Shown here one piece after another: positions 39,573 to 48,581 of a DNA stretch of 64,000 nt. Both the position numbers and the translations under genes were made by a program. Source of the DNA: Acidobacteriota bacterium. Its GTDB lineage: Bacteria; Acidobacteriota; Vicinamibacteria; Vicinamibacterales; SCN-69-37. How positions within the stretch are numbered: the first letter of the stretch is position 1; the number at the start of each line of letters is the position of its first letter. The stretch covers positions 33,482 to 97,481 of the forward strand of contig JBIQJY010000002.1 in assembly GCA_044507065.1 (NCBI GenBank), in the 5' to 3' direction. Below the pieces are notes generated by a model, which ran no database searches, had not been told where the DNA came from, and saw only the letters and a program-made list of their open reading frames with translations.

Positions 39573-42500
39573 TCAACCGGACGAGCAGCCGCCCCGTCCG
39601 GCGCCGCCGCCCGACCAGCCGGCACGCGACTTTGCTGTCGATCCCCGCAATGACGTGGTGCTCGAGGCATCGGCCGGTACCGGCAAGACGCGTGTCCTGG
39701 TCGATCGCTACGTGCAGCTGCTGGCCTCCGGCGTCGATCCGCGCCATATCCTCGCGATGACGTTCACACGCAAGGCGGCGGCCGAGATGCGCGACCGGGT
39801 CCTGGCCACGCTGCGGCGCCGGGCGGCTGCCGGCCAGTTCGCCCCGGACGTCTGGAAGGCCATCGCCGCTCGCCTGCACGACGTCCAGATCACGACCATC
39901 GACGGGTTCTGCTTCGGGCTGCTGCGCGAGTTCCCGCTCGAAGCGGGCGTCGATCCCACCTTCGAGGTGGCCGACGAGACCGAGATCGCGCGGTTTGCGA
40001 GTGAGGCACTCGACCAGTCGCTGCGGGCGGCACGCGGGCTCGTCGAATCCGACGAGCACGTCCGGCTGCTGCTGGTGCGGGTGAAGTCGCCCGTCCTGCG
40101 CGAGGCCGTCGCTGCACTCATCGACCGGCGGCAGGTGGCGCTGCCCGCCGTGCGCACGTTTGTGGCCAGGCACCCCGAGCCATCGACAGCCGCGGCGGCG
40201 TGCGAACGCTTCCTGGCGCGCCTTCGCGCGGCGCTTCCGGCGGGCCTGCGCGCGCAACTGGTCGATGACGGGCCGCAGGGATCGCCCGAGTTCCGCTGGA
40301 TCGCCCAGGATCTCGAGGCGCTCGACCACATCGGGAGTGACGATGCGGCGCGGGTACACCACCTGCGTCGCCGGCTGCAGGCGTATTTCCTCACCACGGC
40401 CGGCAAGCCGCGTCAGCGACTGGCGCGCGCCTTTCGCCCGGAGCACTTCGCCAGTTCCCAGGCGCGCACCCGCCACCAGCAGGCCGTCGCATCGGTGGCC
40501 CCTGCGGTGTGCGACGCGATCGAGGGACTCGACGCCGACCTCGACCCGCTGCTCGCGCGGGGCCTGCTCCGGCTGCTGACGATTGCCGTCTCGATCTACG
40601 ACGGACTGCTGGCCGAACATGCGCTGCTCGACTTTGCGGGCATGCTCGATCGCGCGGTGCTGCTGCTCGCGCGACAGGAGGAGTTCGCACGCAGTCGCCT
40701 GAAGCTGCAGGCCCGCTACCATCACCTGCTCGTCGATGAGTTCCAGGACACCAGCCGCCAGCAGTGGCGGCTGGTGGAGTTGCTCATCGATACGTGGGCC
40801 GAAGGCGAGGGCGCCGCCGATGCCGGCACGTCGATTTTCGTAGTGGGCGACCGCAAGCAGTCGATCTATCGCTTCCGCCACGCCGAGGTGACGCTGCTCG
40901 ACGAGGCCGCGCGGCGCATTGGCGGACTGCGCGGGCGCGACGTGCGTCGCGCCATCTCCACGAGCTTCCGCTCCGTCCCGGAACTGCTCGCGTTCGTCAA
41001 TGCGCTGTCGGCGGGCATGGCCGGCGACGCATCAATTGCCGATCGGTGGCAGTATCGCGACACCGACCGGTTTCCCACGCCGGCCGTCGCGCCCGGTGCA
41101 CGTCGCGACGGCGTGCCGGTTGTCGGCCTCATCGCCGAATCCTCGATGGCCGACTCGGCCGCTTCGGTGGCCGACGAGATCGTGCGCCTGCTCGAGACGG
41201 CGCACGTTCGGGACCGGGAAGGCGGCGCCCGGCCCGTGCGGCGCGACGATATCGCAATCCTCTTTCGCGCCAGGGCCGGTCATCAGTATTTCGAGGACGC
41301 CCTCGAGCGGCGCGGTGTTCGCACATATGTCTATAAGGGCCTGGGGTTCTTCGACGCACCGGAGGTGCAGGACCTGCAGGCGCTGTTGCGGTATCTCGCG
41401 CGGCCGGATTCGGATCTGCGCGCCGCCGAGTTCCTGCGGTCGCGGTTCGTGCGGCTGTCCGATCAGGCCCTCACGGCGCTTGCCCCTGGATTTGCGCGTG
41501 CGCTCGCATCCGACGATGCAGCCGATGGCACGATCGGCGCGACCGACCGGGCGCTGCTGCTGCGCGCGCGGGACGACGTCCGGCGCTGGCTCGCCCTGTC
41601 GCACCGCGTGCCTCCCGGCGAGGTGCTCGACGTCGTCCTGCGCGAATCCGCCTACATGTTCGAGATTGCGGGGCGCCGGCTGGACCAGGCGCGCGAGAAC
41701 ATCAAGAAGGTGCGTGCGCTCGTGCGCCGCGTCGAGAACCGCGGGTACGTCACCCTCGATCGACTGGCGTCGTACTTCGAGACGCTGCGCGCCGGCGATG
41801 ACTCGAATGCGATTGTGCAGGCCGCCGACGCCGTGAACCTCATGACCATTCACGCGGCCAAGGGGCTCGAGTTCCCCATCGTGTTCGTCGTCAATGTCCA
41901 TGCGGCGGGGCGCGGGCGGACGGGTGGGTTCTCGGTCATCGAGGAGGGGCCGTCGGGCGAACCCGAAGTCGCCTTCGGCAGCACGCCCGCCACGCGACTC
42001 GAGGACAGGCGCGAACTGGAAGAACTGCGGCGCCTGCTCTACGTCGCGGCCACACGGGCACGCGATCGGCTGTATCTGGCTGGTGAAGTGGACGGGCAGG
42101 GCCGGTTGCGGCGAGGGCAGCGCAGCCTGGCCGGGCTGCTGCCCGCGTCGCTCGCCGCGCTGTTCCAGGCGGCGCGAGCCACGACGGCCGACGAGGTCGA
42201 GTGGGTGACCGAACACGGGACGTTCGCCTTCAAGGTCTGCCGCGCGGCCGGGAACCCGGCTGTCGGCACGCCGGCCCCGGCCGGAGTGGACACCGAAGCG
42301 ACAGCTCCCGCCGTGCACGCGATTGCCGCGACAGGACTTGTCGCCAGGCCGGCCTCGACCGCCTGGGCCGGCGGCAACGGCAGCGCGCCAGCGGAAGAAT
42401 CCCCGGCGGGCGCCGCCGATGCGGGCGATCGCCGCATGCTCGGCACCATCGTCCATCGCATGTTCCAGCGTCGTCTCGATCCGGAGCAGGACGAGCCGCA

Positions 42501-42882
42501 GTTGGTAGCCGCCGTGCTGTCACTGGTCGCGGCGCCGGAACTGGTGGACGTGGTCGATCCCGAGGAGACAGCGAGGATGGCCGTGGCGCTCTATCGGTCC
42601 GTGCGACGCGACGGCGGACTGACGTCGCTGCTCGAATCGGGCGAGGCGCACTACGAAGTGCCGTTCTCGCTGCTGGCGCCCGACCAGCCGGATGTCTGCC
42701 TGCGGGGCTCGGTCGACTGCGTCATCGTTGGCGCCGACGGAGCACTGACGGTGGTCGAACTCAAGACCGGACGGCCGAGGCCCGAACACCAGGTGCAACT
42801 CGACCTGTACATTCGCGCGATGGCGGCCGCCTTCGGCACATCGGCGGTCACCGGCCGCCTGTGTTATCCGCAGCCTGGCTGA
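39550..42882 (+). CDS. addA: AddA-type UvrD/Rep helicase-nuclease subunit
   Basis: True start MTQPSLFDQ at 39550, overlapping the addB end by 23 nt. The upstream 222 codons of the 1332-aa ORF are an out-of-frame shadow of addB. Walker A ASAGTGKT, LVDEFQDTS, VGDRKQSIYRFR, MTIHAAKGLEFP, C-terminal nuclease GSVDCVIV...VVELKTG. Confidence 0.9.
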   Translation: MTQPSLFDQPDEQPPRPAPPPDQPARDFAVDPRNDVVLEASAGTGKTRVLVDRYVQLLASGVDPRHILAMTFTRKAAAEMRDRVLATLRRRAAAGQFAPDVWKAIAARLHDVQITTIDGFCFGLLREFPLEAGVDPTFEVADETEIARFASEALDQSLRAARGLVESDEHVRLLLVRVKSPVLREAVAALIDRRQVALPAVRTFVARHPEPSTAAAACERFLARLRAALPAGLRAQLVDDGPQGSPEFRWIAQDLEALDHIGSDDAARVHHLRRRLQAYFLTTAGKPRQRLARAFRPEHFASSQARTRHQQAVASVAPAVCDAIEGLDADLDPLLARGLLRLLTIAVSIYDGLLAEHALLDFAGMLDRAVLLLARQEEFARSRLKLQARYHHLLVDEFQDTSRQQWRLVELLIDTWAEGEGAADAGTSIFVVGDRKQSIYRFRHAEVTLLDEAARRIGGLRGRDVRRAISTSFRSVPELLAFVNALSAGMAGDASIADRWQYRDTDRFPTPAVAPGARRDGVPVVGLIAESSMADSAASVADEIVRLLETAHVRDREGGARPVRRDDIAILFRARAGHQYFEDALERRGVRTYVYKGLGFFDAPEVQDLQALLRYLARPDSDLRAAEFLRSRFVRLSDQALTALAPGFARALASDDAADGTIGATDRALLLRARDDVRRWLALSHRVPPGEVLDVVLRESAYMFEIAGRRLDQARENIKKVRALVRRVENRGYVTLDRLASYFETLRAGDDSNAIVQAADAVNLMTIHAAKGLEFPIVFVVNVHAAGRGRTGGFSVIEEGPSGEPEVAFGSTPATRLEDRRELEELRRLLYVAATRARDRLYLAGEVDGQGRLRRGQRSLAGLLPASLAALFQAARATTADEVEWVTEHGTFAFKVCRAAGNPAVGTPAPAGVDTEATAPAVHAIAATGLVARPASTAWAGGNGSAPAEESPAGAADAGDRRMLGTIVHRMFQRRLDPEQDEPQLVAAVLSLVAAPELVDVVDPEETARMAVALYRSVRRDGGLTSLLESGEAHYEVPFSLLAPDQPDVCLRGSVDCVIVGADGALTVVELKTGRPRPEHQVQLDLYIRAMAAAFGTSAVTGRLCYPQPG

Positions 42883-43013
42883 AGCGAAGAATCGGGGCTG
42901 GCCGGTCCGCGTTTTCGTGGCTGAGGACGTGCATAAAACAGCCGTCCGGCGCGGTTGATTGAGATACACTCTTGCCGGGCCGTGACAGACGGGCCCGAAA
43001 CGGAGTCATTGAC

Positions 43014-43238
43014 TTGTCCCTTACGTGTCCGAACTGTGGAAATTCCGAGACTTTCCTCGCCAAGACGCTGCAGATGCATCTGCTGCAGGTCAGCGGGGAC
43101 CAACTGCAGCCGGCCCAGGAAGAAGGCCGCCCGGCGCTCGTCGAGCTGCTGTGTGACGAGTGCGAGAGTTCGGTCGATCTCGACGCGCTGGGCGAGGACA
43201 CCCGGCGGGAACTGCTCGTCACGCTCGGCGCGCGCTGA
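43014..43238 (+). CDS. small zinc-ribbon protein (hypothetical)
   Basis: CPNC...(43 aa)...CDEC pairs. Preferred TTG start at 43014 has GGAG 8 nt upstream; the alternative is TTG at 42972. Confidence 0.5.
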   Translation: MSLTCPNCGNSETFLAKTLQMHLLQVSGDQLQPAQEEGRPALVELLCDECESSVDLDALGEDTRRELLVTLGAR

Positions 43239-43260
43239 CGCGCGCGGCAAGGGCACGCCC

Positions 43261-43503
43261 GTGCACGACCTCTTCGATATCGTCGGGCTTTCGCGTTCCG
43301 CCAGGCCGCTCGAAGTGCGCCGCGCGTGTGCCCGCGTGGTGCGCCGCACCCACCCCGATTTCCAGCGCGAAGGCTCCTCGAGCGAGGCGCCGTGGGCCGC
43401 CATGATGCGGCCGGCGCGGCGTGATGTCGCGGTGGATTTCGTCGACATGGCCGCCGTCGTCGACAGCATGCAGGCGTCGTTCTTCTCGGGCGCCTCGACC
43501 TAG
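43261..43503 (+). CDS. truncated J-domain-like protein
   Basis: 80 aa from GTG 43261, with AAGGG upstream. DLFDIVGLSRSARPLEVRRACARVVRRTHPD matches J-domain helices I-II plus the HPD tripeptide. Helices III-IV are absent. Confidence 0.5.
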   Translation: MHDLFDIVGLSRSARPLEVRRACARVVRRTHPDFQREGSSSEAPWAAMMRPARRDVAVDFVDMAAVVDSMQASFFSGAST

Positions 43504-43531
43504 ACACCGAACTCCGTTCCTCCATTCGTCC

Positions 43532-43915
43532 ATGCAGGTTCACCTCGACGTGCTCGGCTGGCTGCACGTGCTCGTCGGGTGGGTGGCGCTGCTCGCCGGA
43601 ACGGCGTTTCTCATGCTGGCCGGCGGGACGGCGTCGCTCGCGCCTCGTGTCCTCGAAGAAATCGTGCGGAATCCCGTGGTCTGGATCCTGTTCGTCTCGG
43701 GCCTGCTCCTCCTGGCGGGTGGCGGCCTGATGGTGGCTGCCGGGCGCGCCGTCGTCGCCCGGCGACCCTACGGACGCCCGGCCACGCTGCTGCTCGCGGT
43801 CGTCAACCTCTGCCTGCTGCCGTTCGGCACGGCGCTCGGGATCTATTCGCTGTGGGTGCTCCTCAACGACGACGCGCGGCGCGCGTTCGGGCGGCGACTG
43901 CGCGCGTCGGCGTAA
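43532..43915 (+). CDS. small integral membrane protein (hypothetical)
   Basis: 127 aa from MQVHLDVLGWLHVLVGWVALLAG, with 3-4 hydrophobic spans and a basic tail. Confidence 0.6.
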   Translation: MQVHLDVLGWLHVLVGWVALLAGTAFLMLAGGTASLAPRVLEEIVRNPVVWILFVSGLLLLAGGGLMVAAGRAVVARRPYGRPATLLLAVVNLCLLPFGTALGIYSLWVLLNDDARRAFGRRLRASA

Positions 43916-43940
43916 TCCCGGCGGCGTGCCCGGCGCGGGC

Positions 43941-43946
43941 TACAAT
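43941..43946 (+). promoter_or_regulatory. -10 box placed for a leaderless apbC mRNA
   Basis: TACAAT ends 6 nt before the ATG at 43953. No SD is present. Confidence 0.35.
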
Positions 43947-43952
43947 CAGGGT

Positions 43953-45038
43953 ATGAGCTCCCTTTCCGACGCGGCGGTTCTTCACGCGCTGCGGACCGTC
44001 ATTGACCCCGACCTGCACAAGGACATCGTGTCGCTCGGGTTCGTGAAGAATCTTCGCATCACGGGCGGCGACGTCCACTTCACCGTTGAACTGACGACGC
44101 CGGCCTGTCCCATGAAAGACCTCATGCGCGAACAGGCGCATGCGGCCGTGTCGGCCCTGCCGGGCGTCTCGCGCGTCGAGATCGAGATGACAGCGGCGGT
44201 GCGGGCCACGGCATTCCCGGCGGACGGTACGCGACCCGCCGTCGAGGGTGTCAAGAACATCATCGCGGTGGGCGCCGGCAAGGGCGGCGTGGGCAAGACC
44301 ACGATGGCCGTCAATCTCGCGGCGGCACTCAGCGCCCGCGGCAGTCGGGTGGCGATCATCGACGGCGACCTGTACGGTCCCAACGTGCCGATGATGCTGG
44401 GGCTCAGGACGCGGCTCGAGACCGACGGCCAGAAGATCCTGCCCGCCGAGAAGTACGGCATGCAGATCGTCTCGATGGCCTCGCTCACCGAGGACGATGC
44501 GGCGGTGATCTGGCGTGGACCGATGCTGCACGGCGCGATCCAGCAGTTCTTCCGCGAAGTGCGCTGGACGGCCATCGACTACCTGATCGTGGACCTGCCG
44601 CCGGGAACCGGTGACGTGGCCATCAGCCTCAGCCAGTCGGTGCCCGTGGCCGGCGCAGTCGTCGTGACGACCCCGCAGAGTGTCTCGGTTTCCGACACGC
44701 GCCGTGCCGTCCAGATGTACCGCAAGCTGAACATTCCCGTGCTCGGCCTCATCGAGAACATGAGCCACTTCGTGTGCCCGGGATGCGGCCGCGAGAGCGA
44801 CATCTTCGGCAAGGGCGGCGGCGAGCGTCTCGCGGCCGATCTGTCCGTGGCGTTTCTCGGTCACGTGCCGCTGCACGAACCGGTTCGTGCAGCCGGGGAT
44901 GCGGGTGTGCCGATTGTCATCGGCGATCCGCAGTCGGTGCCCGCCGCGGCCATCGCGGCGGCCGCCGAGCGCCTCGCGCAGCAGGTCTCGATCGCATCCT
45001 TTCCCGGCCGCGCCATTCCGCTCACCGAAGTACGGTAG
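43953..45038 (+). CDS. apbC: Mrp/NBP35-family Fe-S cluster carrier ATPase
   Basis: N-terminal DUF59-like region (LRTVIDPDLHKDIVSLGFV), deviant Walker A GAGKGGVGKTT, and the CPGCG cluster-binding motif. Confidence 0.93.
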   Translation: MSSLSDAAVLHALRTVIDPDLHKDIVSLGFVKNLRITGGDVHFTVELTTPACPMKDLMREQAHAAVSALPGVSRVEIEMTAAVRATAFPADGTRPAVEGVKNIIAVGAGKGGVGKTTMAVNLAAALSARGSRVAIIDGDLYGPNVPMMLGLRTRLETDGQKILPAEKYGMQIVSMASLTEDDAAVIWRGPMLHGAIQQFFREVRWTAIDYLIVDLPPGTGDVAISLSQSVPVAGAVVVTTPQSVSVSDTRRAVQMYRKLNIPVLGLIENMSHFVCPGCGRESDIFGKGGGERLAADLSVAFLGHVPLHEPVRAAGDAGVPIVIGDPQSVPAAAIAAAAERLAQQVSIASFPGRAIPLTEVR

Positions 45039-45101
45039 GGTTCCGGTAGGCCGGCCGCGTCGTCCGCACGCGGGCGGCCGGTTGGTCCCACCGGGGGATT
45101 C

Positions 45102-46415
45102 ATGCTGTCTGTTCCGTTCACGAAGACCACACTCGCCAACGGACTCGATGTCATCGTCCATGAGGATCGGCGGATGCCGCTCGTGGCGGTCAATGTCTGG
45201 TACCACGTCGGGTCGAAGAACGAGCGCCGCGGGCTCACCGGGCTGGCGCACCTGTTCGAGCACCTGATGTTCGAGGGATCCGAACACCAGCCTGACGGGT
45301 ACTTCGGTCCGCTCCAGGAGGCCGGCGCCGCGCTGAACGGCTCGACCAGCACCGATCGCACGAACTACTGGGAGCTCGTGCCGGCCGGTGCACTGCGTCT
45401 CGCGTTGTGGATGGAAGCCGACCGGATGGGATGGCTCCTGCCCGCGCTCACCCAGGAGCGACTCGACACCCAGCGCGGCGTCGTGCTCAACGAGCGTCGC
45501 CAGAGCTATGAGAACCGTCCCTACGGACTCGCGCAGTTCGTCCTGATGGACGCGATGTATCCGTCCGATCATCCCTACAGCTGGCCGACGATTGGGGAGC
45601 CGGCCGATCTCGAGGCGGCGGGCCTCGACGACGTGCGCGGCTTCTTCGAGCGCTACTACCCGCCGCGCAACGCATCGCTTGCCGTCGTCGGCGACGTCGA
45701 CACGTCGGCGGTGCTGCGCGAGGTCGAGGCGCTCTTCGGAGAGATTCCGGCCGGCGAGCCGGTTCCGCCGGTGCTGGCCGATCCGCCGACGGCCCGCGCG
45801 TCGCGGCTGGTCATGGAGGATCGCGTGGAACTGCCACGGCTCTACCTGGCGTGGCCGTCGCCCGCGCTGTTCGCGGCTGAGGACGCCGAGCTCGATCTGT
45901 TGTCCGACCTGCTGGCCAATGGCCGGACATCGCGACTCTACGCCCGGCTCGTTCACGATCGTCGCATCGCCGTGGAACTGGCGGCCGGGCAGACATCGCG
46001 CGAGTTGGGCGGCACGTTCCAGGTCGTCGCGTCGGCGGCGCCCGGCCACACGCTGGACGAACTGGAGACGGCCATCACCGAGGAAATCGCACGTTTTGCC
46101 GCCGATGGACCCACCGACGACGAGCTCGAGCGCGGCCGTGCCCAGGCAGAAACCGCGTTCGTTCACCGCGTGCAGCCGCTTGGCGGCTTCGGTGGCAAGG
46201 CCGACGCGCTCAATGCGTACAACACGTATGGCCGCTCGCCCGATTCCTTCCAGGCCGACCTCGACCGTTACCTCGGCGCCACTCGCATGTCGCTGCAGGC
46301 GGCGGCCGGCCGGTGGCTTCTGCCCGATCGGGCGACGACGCTTGCCGTGATCCCGGCGGGTACCGACACACCGCTCCTGAAGGACGCCGTCCGCGTTCCG
46401 CGGGAGCGCCAGTGA
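45102..46415 (+). CDS. M16-family zinc peptidase (active subunit)
   Basis: 437 aa with the inverted zinc motif HLFEHLMFEG (HxxEH) and downstream NGSTSTDRTNY and ERRQSYEN. Confidence 0.92.
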   Translation: MLSVPFTKTTLANGLDVIVHEDRRMPLVAVNVWYHVGSKNERRGLTGLAHLFEHLMFEGSEHQPDGYFGPLQEAGAALNGSTSTDRTNYWELVPAGALRLALWMEADRMGWLLPALTQERLDTQRGVVLNERRQSYENRPYGLAQFVLMDAMYPSDHPYSWPTIGEPADLEAAGLDDVRGFFERYYPPRNASLAVVGDVDTSAVLREVEALFGEIPAGEPVPPVLADPPTARASRLVMEDRVELPRLYLAWPSPALFAAEDAELDLLSDLLANGRTSRLYARLVHDRRIAVELAAGQTSRELGGTFQVVASAAPGHTLDELETAITEEIARFAADGPTDDELERGRAQAETAFVHRVQPLGGFGGKADALNAYNTYGRSPDSFQADLDRYLGATRMSLQAAAGRWLLPDRATTLAVIPAGTDTPLLKDAVRVPRERQ

Positions 46416-47761
46416 CCGGCCGGTTCACGCGGCCGTCGGCCGGGGCACCGACACCGGTCCGTTTCCCGCCGATCGTGCGCGAGCAGCTCGACAACGGGCT
46501 GCGGATCTGGAGTGTGCCCTTCGGTGCCGTGCCGGTGGCCAACGTCACGCTGGTCATCGCGCGCGGGACGGGTGACGACCCGGCCCATCTGCACGGACTG
46601 GCGAGTCTCACCGGCGACCTGCTCGACGAGGGCGCGGGCGCGCATGACGCGATTGCACTGGCCGAAGCCTTCGCGCGAGCCGGCACCCAGCTCGATATCG
46701 ACGTCGGGCCTGACGCCGCGACGCTCTCCTGCGCGGGTCTCGCGCGGTCGCTCGATCGCACGCTCGAGCTGATGGCCGATGTGGTGTGCCGCCCGGCGCT
46801 CGGCGAGCCCGACTTCCGGCGCGTGCGCGAGCTGCGCATCAACCGGTTGCGCCAGTTGAGCCGATCGGCGGGCACCGCCGCCGATCGCGCATACGTGTCG
46901 GCCGTGTTTGCCCATCACGCGTACGGTCACGGCGCGCTCGGCACGACGTCGTCACTCGACGCGATGACGATCGATGACGCGCGCGAGTTCTGGGCCCGGA
47001 AGTACGGACCGTCGATCGCCACGCTCATCGTGGTGGGCGATGTCGTCTCTGCCGACGTGACGGCCGCCGCGCGACGCGCCTTCGACGGATGGGTGGCGCC
47101 GGTCGGGGCATCGACCGCGAAGGCAACGCCGGTCGTGCCCGATCCACGAATCCTGCTCGTGGATCGCCCGGGGGCGGCGCAATCAGAGCTGCGCATCGGG
47201 CACGTGGGCCCCCCGCGCTCCACACCCGACTATCACGCCCTGATCGTCCTCAACGCGCTGCTGGGCGGACAGTTCACGAGCCGCATCAACCGCCGCCTGC
47301 GCGAGGAGAAGGGCATCACCTACGGCGCGCACACGTCATTCGACCTGCGGCGGCTCGCCGGATCGTTCTCATGCGACACGAGCGTGCAGCAGGATGCGAC
47401 GGCCGACGCGATTGCCGACGTGCTCCAGGAGTTCGAGACGATTCGCCGCGAATCGGTGGGCGACGACGAACTGGCGGCGGCGCGCGCGTCGCTCACGCGC
47501 GGCTACGTACGCAGTTTCGAGACGGTGAGCCAGATTGCCCGCGCGGCCGTGCAGTTGACCGTACACGGTCTGCCCGACGACACGTTCAACCGCTTCGTAC
47601 CGGCCGTCGAGACCATCAGCCGTGATGAGGTGCACGCTGTCGCGTCGCAGCGGGTGCGACCCGACGAGGCGACCGTTGTCGTCGTGGGCGACGCCGCCGT
47701 GTGCGGCGCATCGCTCGAGCGGATCGGTCGTCCGGTCGTGCGGGTCGTTCCCGAGTTCTGA
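46412..47761 (+). CDS. M16-family peptidase-like protein (no HxxEH, probable non-catalytic partner)
   Basis: The GTG start overlaps the upstream stop (GTGA). M16 fold features are present (NGLRIW, LNALLGGQFTSRINRRLREEKGITYGA), but the zinc motif is replaced by HLHGLASLTGDLL. Confidence 0.88.
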   Translation: MTGRFTRPSAGAPTPVRFPPIVREQLDNGLRIWSVPFGAVPVANVTLVIARGTGDDPAHLHGLASLTGDLLDEGAGAHDAIALAEAFARAGTQLDIDVGPDAATLSCAGLARSLDRTLELMADVVCRPALGEPDFRRVRELRINRLRQLSRSAGTAADRAYVSAVFAHHAYGHGALGTTSSLDAMTIDDAREFWARKYGPSIATLIVVGDVVSADVTAAARRAFDGWVAPVGASTAKATPVVPDPRILLVDRPGAAQSELRIGHVGPPRSTPDYHALIVLNALLGGQFTSRINRRLREEKGITYGAHTSFDLRRLAGSFSCDTSVQQDATADAIADVLQEFETIRRESVGDDELAAARASLTRGYVRSFETVSQIARAAVQLTVHGLPDDTFNRFVPAVETISRDEVHAVASQRVRPDEATVVVVGDAAVCGASLERIGRPVVRVVPEF

Positions 47762-47815
47762 GCGCGTCGGGGCTGACCCGGCCTGACATGGGGCAGTGCT
47801 AGACTTGTTGCTCCT

Positions 47816-48034
47816 ATGAGCAGCGTCGCGCGCTGGAGCATCAGCCTGATTGCGATGGTCGGCATCGTCGCCGCCACGCTCGCGGGCGCGACCATCTGGC
47901 TGCTCATCACCGATCCGGTCGGCGGTGCCGATGTCGTCTCGACGGCGATTTCGTCGGGTGACGTGGGGCCGTTCATGCGCGCGATCGGCACCGTCATCTA
48001 CGAGGCGCTGCGCGGCCTGTTCGGCTACCTCTGA
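47816..48034 (+). CDS. small membrane protein (hypothetical)
   Basis: 72 aa with one clear TM (ISLIAMVGIVAATLAGATIWLLI). No motif recognised. Confidence 0.45.
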   Translation: MSSVARWSISLIAMVGIVAATLAGATIWLLITDPVGGADVVSTAISSGDVGPFMRAIGTVIYEALRGLFGYL

Positions 48035-48120
48035 CACCGGCGCCGCCCGATGGCCGCTCACATCGCGGTGCGCCGCACATTGCGCGCCGCGAGACTATGA
48101 TGGTTCAGAGGGTTTCCAAC

Positions 48121-48576
48121 ATGCGAGTCGTTCCCGCCATTCTCGCGGCCGTCCTGTCGCTCGTTCCGCTTTCCGCCGCCGCGCAGCGCCGGGTGACGCC
48201 GGTCGGGCCATTCGTGAAGGCACGCGCCATCGAGTGCGCCTTCACCACCTACGGCGTCGCCTCGTGGAACGGACCTGCGGCTCGCGTGCTCACGGGGGAC
48301 GACGACGTCCGGTTCCGTGTCGAGAACCTGGACCTGCGGCGGGGGGCCGCGCGGGTCGTCAGCGCCTCGGCGACGGTCGAGGTGACCGCCATGGCGACCG
48401 AGACCGGCCTGAACATCATCGAACAGACCCCGATCGGAAATTTCATCCTGACGACCATATTCTCGGCGGGCGGATCGGCCGATAGATACGTTGCGGTGCA
48501 CTCCCGGCACCTCGGCGATCTGACGACCCCGCCGAGCGCCTCCCAGTACTACGGCACCTGCGAGGTCGTGAACTAA
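48121..48576 (+). CDS. secreted hypothetical protein
   Basis: Start at MRVVPAILAAVLSLVPLSAAAQ (signal peptide, GAGGG 9 nt upstream). ~130-aa mature beta-rich-looking protein with 2 Cys. The ORF could also start at 48097. Confidence 0.6.
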   Translation: MRVVPAILAAVLSLVPLSAAAQRRVTPVGPFVKARAIECAFTTYGVASWNGPAARVLTGDDDVRFRVENLDLRRGAARVVSASATVEVTAMATETGLNIIEQTPIGNFILTTIFSAGGSADRYVAVHSRHLGDLTTPPSASQYYGTCEVVN

Positions 48577-48581
48577 GCTCC

